A stretch of 64,000 nucleotides of DNA from Candidatus Nitrospinota bacterium M3_3B_026 (GTDB lineage: Bacteria; Nitrospinota_A; UBA7883; JBPRGF01). Location: assembly GCA_051418015.1 (NCBI GenBank), contig JBPRGF010000001.1, positions 1 through 64,000 on the forward strand, written 5' to 3'. A model generated the notes under the pieces. It made no database searches. It saw nothing but the letters and a program-made list of their open reading frames with translations, and was not told where the DNA came from. The translations under genes and the position numbers were made by a program. Shown here piece after piece: positions 27,551 through 37,130 of the stretch (position 1 is its first letter; every line of letters starts with the position of its first letter).

Positions 27551-28411
27551 TCAATCCACCTTTTGCAGAAAAACTTTCGCGTCGTCCACGGCGCTCTCTA
27601 GCCCTGAGATCGCGTCGAGGGTCTGCTCGCGGGACAGGCCGAAGGCTTCCCACACCCTATCGTAAATAGTATCAAGATTTTGCGTCGTTTGGATACCGAT
27701 TTTTAGATGATGGGCGGCGATGTCGGCCACGTGGACCGTCAGGGCCATACCGCGCCCTTCCTCCGGGGCCTTGAGGGGCGTGTGATGGTGTCCTATGGCG
27801 ATGGTCAGGGAGTCGGGCAGCTTCCACTTTTCGGCGATCATCTGTCCCACCTCGGCGTGGTTCAGCCCCAGGCGCTCGGTCTCCAGCATGAAACGGGGCG
27901 TCTCGGGCTCCAGGTTCGGGTCGTATATTTTCTCGATTCTCGCCTCCAGGCCCTGTATGAGCGCGGCCTTGCCGATATCGTGCAACAGCCCGGCCACGAA
28001 ATATTCCTCGATCCTCGCCCCGGCGCCTGATGCCCTCGCAAGCTCCCTGGCCGCCAGGGCGCAGCCGAGGCAGTGCTCCCAGTACTCGTCGTTGGAGAAC
28101 CACCTGAAGCCGCTTTTTATGCTGACGGCGCTGGCCACGGAGACGGAGAGGGCCATGTTCTTTATGGTGTTGAAACCCAGCATTATCACGGCCCTGCCCA
28201 GGGAGGCGATGTTCCGCCCCGGCCCGAAGTAGGCGGAGTTGACCAGCCGCAGTATCTTGGCGGTCAGCACGGAGTCCATGGATATCACGTTCACAAGCTC
28301 CGCCGGTTTCGTGGCCGGGTTGTTGGCCAGGGCTATGATCTTCGCCACCGCTGGAGAGAACCCGGGCATTCTGTCGACAAGATCGACAAGCTGTCTGGCC
28401 TGAAGCTCCAC
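27551..28411 (-). CDS. HDOD domain protein
   Basis: DSVLTAKILRLVNSAYFG, WEHC, AGLLHDIGK, HAEVG...WKLP. Confidence 0.92.
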   Translation of the reverse strand: MELQARQLVDLVDRMPGFSPAVAKIIALANNPATKPAELVNVISMDSVLTAKILRLVNSAYFGPGRNIASLGRAVIMLGFNTIKNMALSVSVASAVSIKSGFRWFSNDEYWEHCLGCALAARELARASGAGARIEEYFVAGLLHDIGKAALIQGLEARIEKIYDPNLEPETPRFMLETERLGLNHAEVGQMIAEKWKLPDSLTIAIGHHHTPLKAPEEGRGMALTVHVADIAAHHLKIGIQTTQNLDTIYDRVWEAFGLSREQTLDAISGLESAVDDAKVFLQKVD

Positions 28412-28535
28412 GAGACGCCCGGATAGGTTAAAGGAAGTTATTGCTGAGTAAGCTCATTTTATCATAGTATTTAGGGCGCGAACGGCCGGAGAAAGGCCGG
28501 GGAGTTGTCCTGATCTTTTCCCGGAAAGGGCGGGG

Positions 28536-28841
28536 ATGATAAGACATATCGTTTTTTTCAAGCTGAAAAACGGCGTCACGCAAGAACAGGCGGACGAGCT
28601 TTTGTCGGGGCTTCACGCCCTGGAGGCGAAGATAGACCTGGTGAGGGACATCGAGGTCGCGTGGGACATCGGGGGAAAGCCGAACTCGTATGACATTGTC
28701 TTAAACAGCCTGTTCGATTCCATGGAAGACGTGGAAAAGTACGCCGCCCATCCTGAACACGTGAAGGTCGTGGAGTTGATAAACGATCTTTGCGCCTCCC
28801 ACGTAAAGGTCGATTACGACACCAACAAGGTGGCGATATAG
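28536..28841 (+). CDS. Dabb family stress-responsive A/B barrel protein
   Basis: MIRHIVFFKLK...YAAHPEH...VDY. Confidence 0.9.
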   Translation: MIRHIVFFKLKNGVTQEQADELLSGLHALEAKIDLVRDIEVAWDIGGKPNSYDIVLNSLFDSMEDVEKYAAHPEHVKVVELINDLCASHVKVDYDTNKVAI

Positions 28842-28854
28842 CCCCTGCCGCCGG

Positions 28855-29598
28855 TCAACCCCGCTTTTTCACGACCCTGGCCGGCGCGCCGACGGCCACC
28901 ACGCCTTCGGGAAGGCTGGAGTTCACCACCGCCCCGGCGCCGACGATGGTGTTGTCGCCGATATCCACCCCGTCCAGAACCGTCACCCTCGCGCCGAGCC
29001 AGCAGTTTTTCCCGATGGCGACGCCTTCGCTGGCCCATCCCTGGTCCAGGATGGGCGTTTCGGGATTGTCAAAACCGTGGGTGGTGGCGAAGACGGAGAC
29101 GTAGGGGCCGAGCAGGGCTTTTTCTCCTATCATTATCTTCGAGTTGGAGGAGATGTTGCACCAGGTGGATATGTTCGAGTAGTCCTCCATGACGATGTCG
29201 CCGTCCTTGCAGCTTAAAATGGAGCCGCGGCCGACATAGCAGCCCCTGCCTATCGTGATCCCGCGGTTGCCGGACCCCTTGGCGTCGAGCAGGGCGCCGT
29301 CGTCGATGATGGCGCCGTCGCCGATCGTTATCTTCAGGGGATGGCGCAGCCACACGTCCATCCCGAAGACAACCCCCCGCCCGGCCTTTCCCATGATGGT
29401 GGGATAAAAGATTTTCCGAAGCAATATCCCAAGGGCGCCGGGTATCCGGGAAAACAGAAGGGTTATGAGCTCGTATTTCACCAGGAACCAGAGCGAGCGG
29501 GATCCCACGATGAGGTCCTGGTACTGCCGGAGCCTGGACTTGCCCCCGCCTTCGATCTCCCGCTGTATCTGTACGTCTATCTTGTTCTCGCCGCTCAT
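28855..29598 (-). CDS. Hexapeptide-repeat (LbH) acyltransferase
   Basis: Repeats IGDGAII, IGKNCWLG, IGDNTIVGAGAVV, VAVGAPARV. Confidence 0.88.
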   Translation of the reverse strand: MSGENKIDVQIQREIEGGGKSRLRQYQDLIVGSRSLWFLVKYELITLLFSRIPGALGILLRKIFYPTIMGKAGRGVVFGMDVWLRHPLKITIGDGAIIDDGALLDAKGSGNRGITIGRGCYVGRGSILSCKDGDIVMEDYSNISTWCNISSNSKIMIGEKALLGPYVSVFATTHGFDNPETPILDQGWASEGVAIGKNCWLGARVTVLDGVDIGDNTIVGAGAVVNSSLPEGVVAVGAPARVVKKRG

Positions 29599-29796
29599 CT
29601 TCAAAGTTTCGCCCGCTCCGCCGGGGAAGGCCATGATAACCTTCCATGGGCGCGGTTTGTGATAAAATCCAGCCTTTTAACGCTCATGGGGCCGGCTTGC
29701 TTTGCGCGCCGCGTTGTCCGGGGCCCGCGTTTCGGGAGAATATACCAGAAACCGCCCCGGCCGGCGACCGCCATGGCGCGCGGAAGACCGGAGACA

Positions 29797-30813
29797 ATGA
29801 AAAACAGGAAAGAACAGATAACCTTCTGGGCAGGCGTCGCCATAACCCTCTTTTTCGTGGGATGGGCGCTTTTAAGCTACGACTTCGCCGCCGTCCTGGA
29901 GGCTCTCCGGGGCGCCGACTACGTCTGGATAATCCCCGCCGCCGTCATCGAGGTGCTCCTGATATACATCAGGGCCGTCAGGTGGCACTACTTCCTGGAG
30001 CCTATAAAAAAAGTCTCGCATTACAACTCCTTCATGGCCACCTCCGTCGGTTTCCTGGCCAACATGGCGCTTCCCGCCAGGGTGGGAGAGTTCGTCCGGG
30101 CGTGGGTGCTTGGCAAAAAAGAGTCCATAAGCAAGAGCGCCTCCATGGGCACGGTGGTCATAGAGAGAGCCATAGACGGCCTGTCGGTGGTGGCGGTCAT
30201 CCTGATCGTCTTTTACTTCGTCGAAGTCCCGGAGGAAAAGGCCGGATACTGGCGCGCTCTGCGGACGGCGGGCTACACGGTCTGCTGGTTCTACACCGTG
30301 GTCTTCGCGCTGCTTTTCCTGTTCCACCGCAGGGTGCGATGGGTCGAGTTTCTGGTGAACGCCGCGCTGCGCGTCATTCCCGCGCGTTTCAGGCCGAGGG
30401 CGGGGGAGATGCTGGAATCCTTCAGGGACGGCTTCAACGCGCTGGAGAACGGACGCCACCTCTTCGCCATATTCGCCTGGAGCGTCGTCTTCTGGGCCGT
30501 CGCGGGTGGGCTCAACATAGCCTTTTTCTACGCCTTCGGGCTCGGCCACCTGCCTTTTATCGCCACCTACCTTGTGCTGATGGCGCAGGTGATCGGCGTG
30601 ATGGTCCCCTCACCCGGCTTCGTGGGGCCGTACCACGCCGCCACCATGGCGGCGCTGGCATTCTACGGGGTGGGGGAGGAACTGGGGCTTTCCGTGGCCA
30701 TCGTCATGCACGCCACCATGTTCCTCACGAACATAGCGCCGGGGATGGTCTTCCTGTGGCTTGAGAAGATGTCCTTCTCCGAGATAAGGGACGCCTCGGA
30801 AAAAGAGGCCTGA
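29797..30813 (+). CDS. Lysylphosphatidylglycerol synthase TM / UPF0104 flippase-like protein
   Basis: RAVRW, NMALPARVGEFVR, VIERAID, PSPGFVGPYH; multiple TM helices. Confidence 0.88.
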   Translation: MKNRKEQITFWAGVAITLFFVGWALLSYDFAAVLEALRGADYVWIIPAAVIEVLLIYIRAVRWHYFLEPIKKVSHYNSFMATSVGFLANMALPARVGEFVRAWVLGKKESISKSASMGTVVIERAIDGLSVVAVILIVFYFVEVPEEKAGYWRALRTAGYTVCWFYTVVFALLFLFHRRVRWVEFLVNAALRVIPARFRPRAGEMLESFRDGFNALENGRHLFAIFAWSVVFWAVAGGLNIAFFYAFGLGHLPFIATYLVLMAQVIGVMVPSPGFVGPYHAATMAALAFYGVGEELGLSVAIVMHATMFLTNIAPGMVFLWLEKMSFSEIRDASEKEA

Positions 30814-30840
30814 TCCGACCCCGCCCGCCCTTAACAAGGT

Positions 30841-30908
30841 ATCCCCTCCCCCGTCGAGGGGGAGAAAAAAATCGGCAAAGCCGGCCATTAGGGTTATGCA
30901 AAGGTCTC
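30841..30908. repeat. CCCCTCCCCCG..GGGGGAG palindrome followed by a GGTTATGCAAAGGTCTC end motif
   Basis: Hairpin 30841-30864; 17-nt motif 30892-30908 also seen at 13189 and 53362. Confidence 0.7.
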
Positions 30909-31021
30909 CTTAACAAAAGGCGCCGTCTCGTGCTATATATTAAGGCCATAGGGGAAGATGCGGCGGACGCCGCTTTCGATATGGGGAGCCACAAGCTTTC
31001 ACATCCATGCGCGGGGCGGAC

Positions 31022-31915
31022 ATGAAACCTGGCCTTGCGGCCGCTTTGGCGGCCATGTTCTTTTTCTTTCCCGGCGCCGCGGCCCCGGGTGAGCTGGAGG
31101 AGGGCCTGATCGCCGCCATCAGGACGAACGACGCTTTCACGGCGAAGATGGCACTCGACGCCGGGGCGGACCCCAACACGGAGAACGCAAAAGGCGAAAA
31201 GGCGCTTCTGCTCGCCGCGGCCGATGGGCGCGCCGAGATAGTAAAAGCCCTTCTCGCCGCCGGGGCGGAGCCCGCGGCCGCCAACCGGCGCGGCAACACA
31301 GCCCTCATGCTGGCGGCCTGGAACGGCCATGCGGACGCCGTCCAGGCGTTGCTCGCCGCCGGGGCGGACCCCAACGCCGTGAACAAAAACGGCGACTCGC
31401 CGCTTTTGATGGCGGCGTGGGAGGGGCGCGAGGAAGTGGTGGAGGCGCTCCTTTTCGCCGGGGCGGATGTCTATTACAAGGACAAGGACAGGTGGACGCC
31501 CCTGATGCTAGCCGCTGAAAAGGGCCACGCCGGCGTCATGAAAAAGCTCATCCACTACGGCTCCGACATCCACGCGAAAAACTACGCCGGGAACACCGCC
31601 CTGCACATGGCCGCGAGGTTCGGCCACGTGGAGGCGGCGCGGCTGCTGCTCGACTCCGGCGCGAACGCGAACTCCAGGAACTACAACCGCGACACTCCCC
31701 TCATATTCGCCGCGTGGAAAGGGCGTCTGGAGATGGTAAAACTCCTGCTCGCCAGTGGCGCCAAGGTGAACGTCAAGGAGCGCCGGGACTGGACGCCGCT
31801 CGTCCTGGCAAGGGAGGAGGGGCACGAGAAGGTGGTGAAGGCGCTCAAGAAAGCAGGCGCCAGGGAGCCGGAGATACTCCCCTGGAACATGCGCGACTCA
31901 GGGCTTGCCCGGTAG
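31022..31915 (+). CDS. Secreted ankyrin repeat protein
   Basis: Signal peptide; about 7-8 tandem repeats G-x-T(A/P)L(M/H)xAAxxGH...LLxxGADxN. Confidence 0.93.
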   Translation: MKPGLAAALAAMFFFFPGAAAPGELEEGLIAAIRTNDAFTAKMALDAGADPNTENAKGEKALLLAAADGRAEIVKALLAAGAEPAAANRRGNTALMLAAWNGHADAVQALLAAGADPNAVNKNGDSPLLMAAWEGREEVVEALLFAGADVYYKDKDRWTPLMLAAEKGHAGVMKKLIHYGSDIHAKNYAGNTALHMAARFGHVEAARLLLDSGANANSRNYNRDTPLIFAAWKGRLEMVKLLLASGAKVNVKERRDWTPLVLAREEGHEKVVKALKKAGAREPEILPWNMRDSGLAR

Positions 31916-32932
31916 CCACGAAGGGTCCGCGTCCATCTCCAGGTAGTCCGAAAACTCCGGAGCGCCGGGGTTTTCAAGGTACCTGACCGCCCCGGCGGAG
32001 GCTATCATCGCCGCGTTGTCGGAGCAGAGCTCAGGCGGCGGTATTACCACCTCCACGCCAAGCTCCTCGCCCATCGCCAGCATCCGCTCCCGCAGCGCGC
32101 CGTTGGCCGCGACGCCTCCCACGACGGCGATGGAGGCGGGGCGGAGCCTTTCCACCGCCAGCCTGGTCTTGGCCTCCAGCGCGTCCACCACTGCTTTCTG
32201 GAACGAGGCGCATATATCCGCGACGGGAAGCTCCCCGCCGGACCTTTTTATCTTTTCCACGAGATTCCTCACCGCCGTCTTCGGCCCAGAGAAGCTGAAA
32301 TCAAGAGAGGATGAGCCCGAGAGCGCTACGGGGATATCGAACACCGGCTTCCCCTCCCGCGCCGCCCGCTCCAGGACCGGGCCGCCGGGATACCCCAGCC
32401 CCAGGAGCTTGGCCACCTTGTCGAAAGCCTCCCCCGCCGCGTCGTCCATGGTTCCCCCAAGCCATTCCAGGCTCGCCCATCCGCGCGCCAGGAAAAGCTC
32501 CGTATGCCCCCCGGAGACGGCCAGCCCCACGGCGGGCATGGGCGCGTCCGGCCTTGAGAGGGCCGCGGAGGCCATGTGCCCCTCGAGGTGGTTTACCCCG
32601 ACAAGGGGGGCCCGGCGTCCGAAAGCAAACGCCTTGGCCCAGGAGAGGCCCACCAGCAGCGCCCCCACAAGCCCCGGCCCGCGCGTCACGGCGACAAGGC
32701 CGACATCGCCTGTCCCTATCCCCGCCCTGGCCAACGCCTCCATGACGACGGGCTGGATAACCTCCGCGTGCCTCCTGCAGGCAAGCTCCGGGACGACGCC
32801 GCCGTACTTGTTGTGTATCTCGTTCTGGGAGGCGACGACGGAGGAGAGGATCTCGAACCGGCCGCGGAGTACCGCCGCCGCGGTCTCGTCGCAGGAGGTC
32901 TCTATCCCCAGGGTCAAAAGATCATCGGACAT
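31898..32932 (-). CDS. tsaD: tRNA N6-adenosine threonylcarbamoyltransferase
   Basis: LGIETSCDET, GGVVPELA, HLEGH, SGGHT, DDAAGEAFDKVA, DFSFSG, DNAAMIA. Confidence 0.97.
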   Translation of the reverse strand: MSDDLLTLGIETSCDETAAAVLRGRFEILSSVVASQNEIHNKYGGVVPELACRRHAEVIQPVVMEALARAGIGTGDVGLVAVTRGPGLVGALLVGLSWAKAFAFGRRAPLVGVNHLEGHMASAALSRPDAPMPAVGLAVSGGHTELFLARGWASLEWLGGTMDDAAGEAFDKVAKLLGLGYPGGPVLERAAREGKPVFDIPVALSGSSSLDFSFSGPKTAVRNLVEKIKRSGGELPVADICASFQKAVVDALEAKTRLAVERLRPASIAVVGGVAANGALRERMLAMGEELGVEVVIPPPELCSDNAAMIASAGAVRYLENPGAPEFSDYLEMDADPSWLPGKP

Positions 32933-33094
32933 AACCCGGTCAATGATACAGCAAAAACCACCGGGGGCGGGCAAAGCGCAGACGGAGGCTAATTATGTTT
33001 CTCCGCTCTTTTCAAGGTGGTAGAATCATCCCATGAGAGACGCTGAGACGGCGGGCCTCGCTCGCGAAGAGCCCCCGGGATTCGCGGGGGACTG

Positions 33095-34744
33095 ATGGGC
33101 GACCCGAACAAGACGCACAAGATAACCCCCAAACCCGTCAAGACGATCTCCATGGACCACGGCTCCGGACGGTCCAACTACGTCGAGGTGGCCCTCGGGA
33201 CAACCCTGGCCGGAAGGTACCGCGTGACCGGCAAGCTCGGCGAGGGGGGAATGGGCGTGGTCTACAAAGGCCATGACACCCAGCTGCAACGCGACGTCGC
33301 CATAAAGCTTTTGAAACGTGACGTCAGCCGCGACGAAAGGGCCGTGGAGAAGCTCAAGCAGGAGGCCCAGGTGGCCATGCTGCTCACCCATCCCTACATA
33401 ATGCGCCTCATAAACTTCGAACGGGACGGGGAGTACGCCTTCCTGCTCATGGAGTACGTGGAGGGGGAGACGCTGGACGCCCTGGCCTCCCTGAACGAGG
33501 GGAAGCGCCTCGACGAGCAGCTCGTGGGGATAATCGGCTACAAGGTCTGCGAAGCGCTGGAGTACGCCCACGACAAGAACGTCATCCACAGGGACATCAA
33601 GCCGGCCAACATAATGATGGACAAGGGCAAGGACAGCATAAAGCTCATGGATTTCGGCATCGCCCGAATGCTGATGATGACCGATGACGAGAAAAGCTCC
33701 ATCGCCGGAACGCTGGCCTACATCGCGCCGGAGGTCTTCGAGGGGGCGAGACCGGACCCGAGGGTCGATATATACGCCCTCGGCCTCACGCTCTATGAGC
33801 TGCTGGCGGGCGCAAACCCCTTCCAGACCAACAGCGCCAGGGAAATCGTCAAAAAACACATCGAGATGAAACCCCCGCCCCTCGAGGGGGTGGACAGGTC
33901 CCTGGCTGGGATCATCATACAGTGCCTGGAAAAAAAGCCGAACGCAAGGTTCCAGACCGCCCGGGAGCTCAAGAACGCCTTCGCCAAGTACCTGGACCTT
34001 GACGAGGGGGGAAGGGTCTCCCGGATGAAAAACCGCATGGAGGACGAAAAACGCAGGATGAACCGGGAGATGTTGCGCCTGAAGAGGGAGAGAGAAAAAC
34101 TCGAGTCCCAAAGAAAAAACATCGAGAGGGACTTTACACGCTCCAGGAGCCGGATGAACATCCCCGCCCCTGCGCGGACGGAGGAGCGGGGCGGCGTCTC
34201 GCTTTCGGTCATGGGAGTCGCGGTGGCGGCGGGCGTGGCGGCGGCGCTGGCCGGGGAGCTGGTCTCCTCGGGCGAGCTTCTCAGCTTCGAATCGGAAGCC
34301 GGCTACGACGCGGCGGGGGCTGTGGCGGCTCTTGTTATCATGGCCGCGGCGCCGGGCCTTGCAAGGAGCGGGATGGGAGCCGCCGCCGTGGGGGCGATGG
34401 CGGGAGCGGCGCTGGGGTACGCCGGGTATCTCGCGGCGGACAGCTATATCGACTATTCCATGATGCACGACGCATGGACGCCCTTTTCCATGATCTCATA
34501 CCTCGGCGCGGGCGTGCCGCTGGCCGTGGCCGCCTCCGCGGCGATGTCCGCGGGGGTGGGGGTCTCCGGCCTTTTCAGGATGCTTCTTGCGGCCCTGGCC
34601 GCCGTGGCTGTCTCCTCCATCGTGCCCTACATGGGAGTGGCGGAGGATGTCCTCGGTCTCGGGATCGACTCCGCCAACTACTTTTACATGCCCTTCCTGG
34701 CTGTCGTGGTGTGGGGGTCGGTGGATTTCTTCTCCCCCGCGTAG
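33095..34744 (+). CDS. Hanks-type Ser/Thr protein kinase with coiled coil and multi-TM C-terminus
   Basis: GEGGMGVV, VAIK, HRDIKPAN, DFG, APE; hydrophobic C-terminal third. Confidence 0.92.
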   Translation: MGDPNKTHKITPKPVKTISMDHGSGRSNYVEVALGTTLAGRYRVTGKLGEGGMGVVYKGHDTQLQRDVAIKLLKRDVSRDERAVEKLKQEAQVAMLLTHPYIMRLINFERDGEYAFLLMEYVEGETLDALASLNEGKRLDEQLVGIIGYKVCEALEYAHDKNVIHRDIKPANIMMDKGKDSIKLMDFGIARMLMMTDDEKSSIAGTLAYIAPEVFEGARPDPRVDIYALGLTLYELLAGANPFQTNSAREIVKKHIEMKPPPLEGVDRSLAGIIIQCLEKKPNARFQTARELKNAFAKYLDLDEGGRVSRMKNRMEDEKRRMNREMLRLKREREKLESQRKNIERDFTRSRSRMNIPAPARTEERGGVSLSVMGVAVAAGVAAALAGELVSSGELLSFESEAGYDAAGAVAALVIMAAAPGLARSGMGAAAVGAMAGAALGYAGYLAADSYIDYSMMHDAWTPFSMISYLGAGVPLAVAASAAMSAGVGVSGLFRMLLAALAAVAVSSIVPYMGVAEDVLGLGIDSANYFYMPFLAVVVWGSVDFFSPA

Positions 34745-34796
34745 AGCCGTGGCTCTTTCGGGTGATGGGCCGCCTGGGAACGGTTGACCGGACGAG

Positions 34797-36593
34797 ATGA
34801 CGCGCTCCGGGCCGATTCTTCCACCGCCGCCGGGCCGCCGCGTCAACCCCGCGCCTGACGCCGCGGCGATCGCTTTTTTTCTGCTGGTGGCGCTGCTTGC
34901 AAGCGGCGTGGTTCTTTTCATCTACTATTCCGCCGAATTTTCCACAGCCTACGCCTCCGTGGAGAGGCTCAACAGGGAGACGTGGCTGGGATGGATCGCC
35001 CGGGGGACGCACCGTCACGCGGCGGAACTTCTTATCCTGGCGGTTCTTTTGCACTCGCTGCGCTCCCTGGTCAGGGGCCGGGCTCGGGGGGCGCGGCGGT
35101 GGCCATGGATATCGGGTGTGGCGCTCTTTTTCGTTCTCGCCGCGCAGGGGATGACCGGGAGCGTCCTGCCATGGGACGAGCGGTCGCAGGCGATAATGGA
35201 GACGCTGGCGGGTTCTCTTTCCGGCCTGGGTCTTTTCGGCGAGCCATTGGGCCGGGCTTTCCTGGTCAACGAGGAAGTGTCGGCGCGGGCCATGATATAC
35301 CTGCTGGCCGCCCACCTCGCTCCGTCGTTTCTGATCCTTGCGCTGCTCGGCGCCCATTTCTACAGGCTAAGAAGGCCGAGAATATGGCCGAGCCGGCCTC
35401 TCGTCATCGCGTTGCTCTCGGCGCTGTTCGCCTCCGCGGTCCTTGTCCCCGCCGGGAGCCTGGGACCGGCCGATTTCACCAGGATTCCCGGCCGCGTCCC
35501 GTTCGACTGGCTGAGCCTGTTCCCGCTGCCTTTGATGTCCGGCGCGCCCCCGGGCCTGTTCTGGGGCGGCGTGGCGCTCTTTTTCGCCGCGGCCGCCCTT
35601 GTTCCGGCGGCGCTGGGGGCCGCGCTCAAAAGCGAAGTGGTGGAGATCGACGAGCGAAAATGCGTGGGGTGCGGGCTGTGCGTGGAGGACTGCCCGTATT
35701 CGGCCATGGAGCTTTTGCCCGTGCCTCCTGAAGAGAAGCATCCCTGGGCCGCCCGGGTGAGCGGCGGTCTTTGCGTGGGATGCGCCGTCTGCGTCGGCTC
35801 CTGCGGCTTCGGGGCGCTGGATATCCCATCACGCCCGGCGCCGGGGATCAGGGCGCAGGCGCGGGGGTTTTTGAGCCGCAGGGAGGGCCCCGCCTCGCCG
35901 GTGGTCGTATACGCCTGCGAAAACGCGATGAGCAGGGCGAGGGGCGTTGGCGCTTTCGGCCATCCCGGCGCCTTCGTCATCCCCGTCCGCTGCGCGGGGC
36001 AGGTTTACCCTGGATGGGTCGAGGAGAACCTTGAAAACGGCGCGGCGAGGGTGGCCATTGTCCGTTGCGCTCCGGAGTCGTGCAGGGGCAGGGAGGGGGC
36101 GGACTTCGCGGAGAAAAGGATCTATCACAAAAGAAAACCATGGCTGAAAAAAAGAATAGACCGCGGCAGGGTGGGAGTCGTCACGCATGGCGGCGGGGCT
36201 GGCGCGGCGCGGCTATGGGGCGGGGCGGCGCTGGCGGCGGTCTTTTTCGTCTTTCTCATTTTTTCGCTGGACAGGCTCTGGAAGGCGGCCCCCTATTCGC
36301 TGGACGATCCTTCCATGGCCAGGGTCACGGTTTCCCTGAGCGCCGCGGCGCCTTCACGGCTTGCGGTTCTCCGCGGCGGGCGGGAGGTCTTCGTGAAATA
36401 TTTCGATGATGGGAACGTCAAGATATTCGAGAGGGTCTATTTCGAGCCGGGGAAGGGAGGCGTCACGGTCAGACTGGTCCCGGGGGGAGGAGGCGGCGCG
36501 CTGGCGGGGACGCTGCCCGGCCCCGTGAGGAGGGGCGAGGCGCTGGCCGCCGTGGAGGATCCGCGGACCGGCGGGCTCCGGATGATCCGTTGA
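34797..36593 (+). CDS. Cytochrome b + 2x[4Fe-4S] ferredoxin + MvhD/FlpD-like fusion protein
   Basis: Cyt b: AYASV, RGTHRH, LLH, W(I)SG, TGSVLPWD, two more His; CVGCGLCVEDCP and CVGCAVCVGSC; MvhD Cys pattern YAC...VRCAG...CAPESCRGREG. Confidence 0.82.
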   Translation: MTRSGPILPPPPGRRVNPAPDAAAIAFFLLVALLASGVVLFIYYSAEFSTAYASVERLNRETWLGWIARGTHRHAAELLILAVLLHSLRSLVRGRARGARRWPWISGVALFFVLAAQGMTGSVLPWDERSQAIMETLAGSLSGLGLFGEPLGRAFLVNEEVSARAMIYLLAAHLAPSFLILALLGAHFYRLRRPRIWPSRPLVIALLSALFASAVLVPAGSLGPADFTRIPGRVPFDWLSLFPLPLMSGAPPGLFWGGVALFFAAAALVPAALGAALKSEVVEIDERKCVGCGLCVEDCPYSAMELLPVPPEEKHPWAARVSGGLCVGCAVCVGSCGFGALDIPSRPAPGIRAQARGFLSRREGPASPVVVYACENAMSRARGVGAFGHPGAFVIPVRCAGQVYPGWVEENLENGAARVAIVRCAPESCRGREGADFAEKRIYHKRKPWLKKRIDRGRVGVVTHGGGAGAARLWGGAALAAVFFVFLIFSLDRLWKAAPYSLDDPSMARVTVSLSAAAPSRLAVLRGGREVFVKYFDDGNVKIFERVYFEPGKGGVTVRLVPGGGGGALAGTLPGPVRRGEALAAVEDPRTGGLRMIR

Positions 36594-36619
36594 GGCCGCG
36601 CTATGTTAACATTTAAGAT

Positions 36620-37123
36620 ATGAGACGTTTTATCTTCCTGTTCGTGTTCGTGTCGCTCCTGGCGCCTGGCGCATGGGGCGCGGCGGAGAGTCCCCCGGCG
36701 CGGATCGACGCGCTATACGATCAGTTGCAACGTGAAATGATGTGCCTTTGCGGGTGCAACTCCACCCTCAAAAACTGCCCGCACGCCAACTGCGACTTCG
36801 CCATCCCCCGCAGGAGGGAGATACTGGCGATGCTGAAAGAGGGCAAGGCGCCGGAGCGGATAAAGGACGCGATGGTCGAAAGGTTCGGCGAGAAGATACT
36901 CTCCGCGCCGAAGAAGGAGGGGTTCAACCTCCTGGGCTACATCATGCCCTTCGTGGCGATTCTCGCGGTGGGCTCCATCGTGACGGTGACGGTCAGGAAA
37001 TGGGCCCGCCGGGGCGCGGCGGGGGAGACCGGGGCCGCGAGGACCGGGCCAGAGGAGAAAGAGTCCTCCGGTGGCGGCCTCGAGGATCTGATGCGAAAAG
37101 AGCTGGAAGATTTCGACAAGTGA
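36620..37123 (+). CDS. ccmH: Cytochrome c biogenesis protein CcmH/NrfF family
   Basis: Signal peptide, MMCLCGC...C...C, RREILAML, ERFGEKILSAP, followed by a TM helix. Confidence 0.8.
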   Translation: MRRFIFLFVFVSLLAPGAWGAAESPPARIDALYDQLQREMMCLCGCNSTLKNCPHANCDFAIPRRREILAMLKEGKAPERIKDAMVERFGEKILSAPKKEGFNLLGYIMPFVAILAVGSIVTVTVRKWARRGAAGETGAARTGPEEKESSGGGLEDLMRKELEDFDK

Positions 37124-37130
37124 GGAGCAA

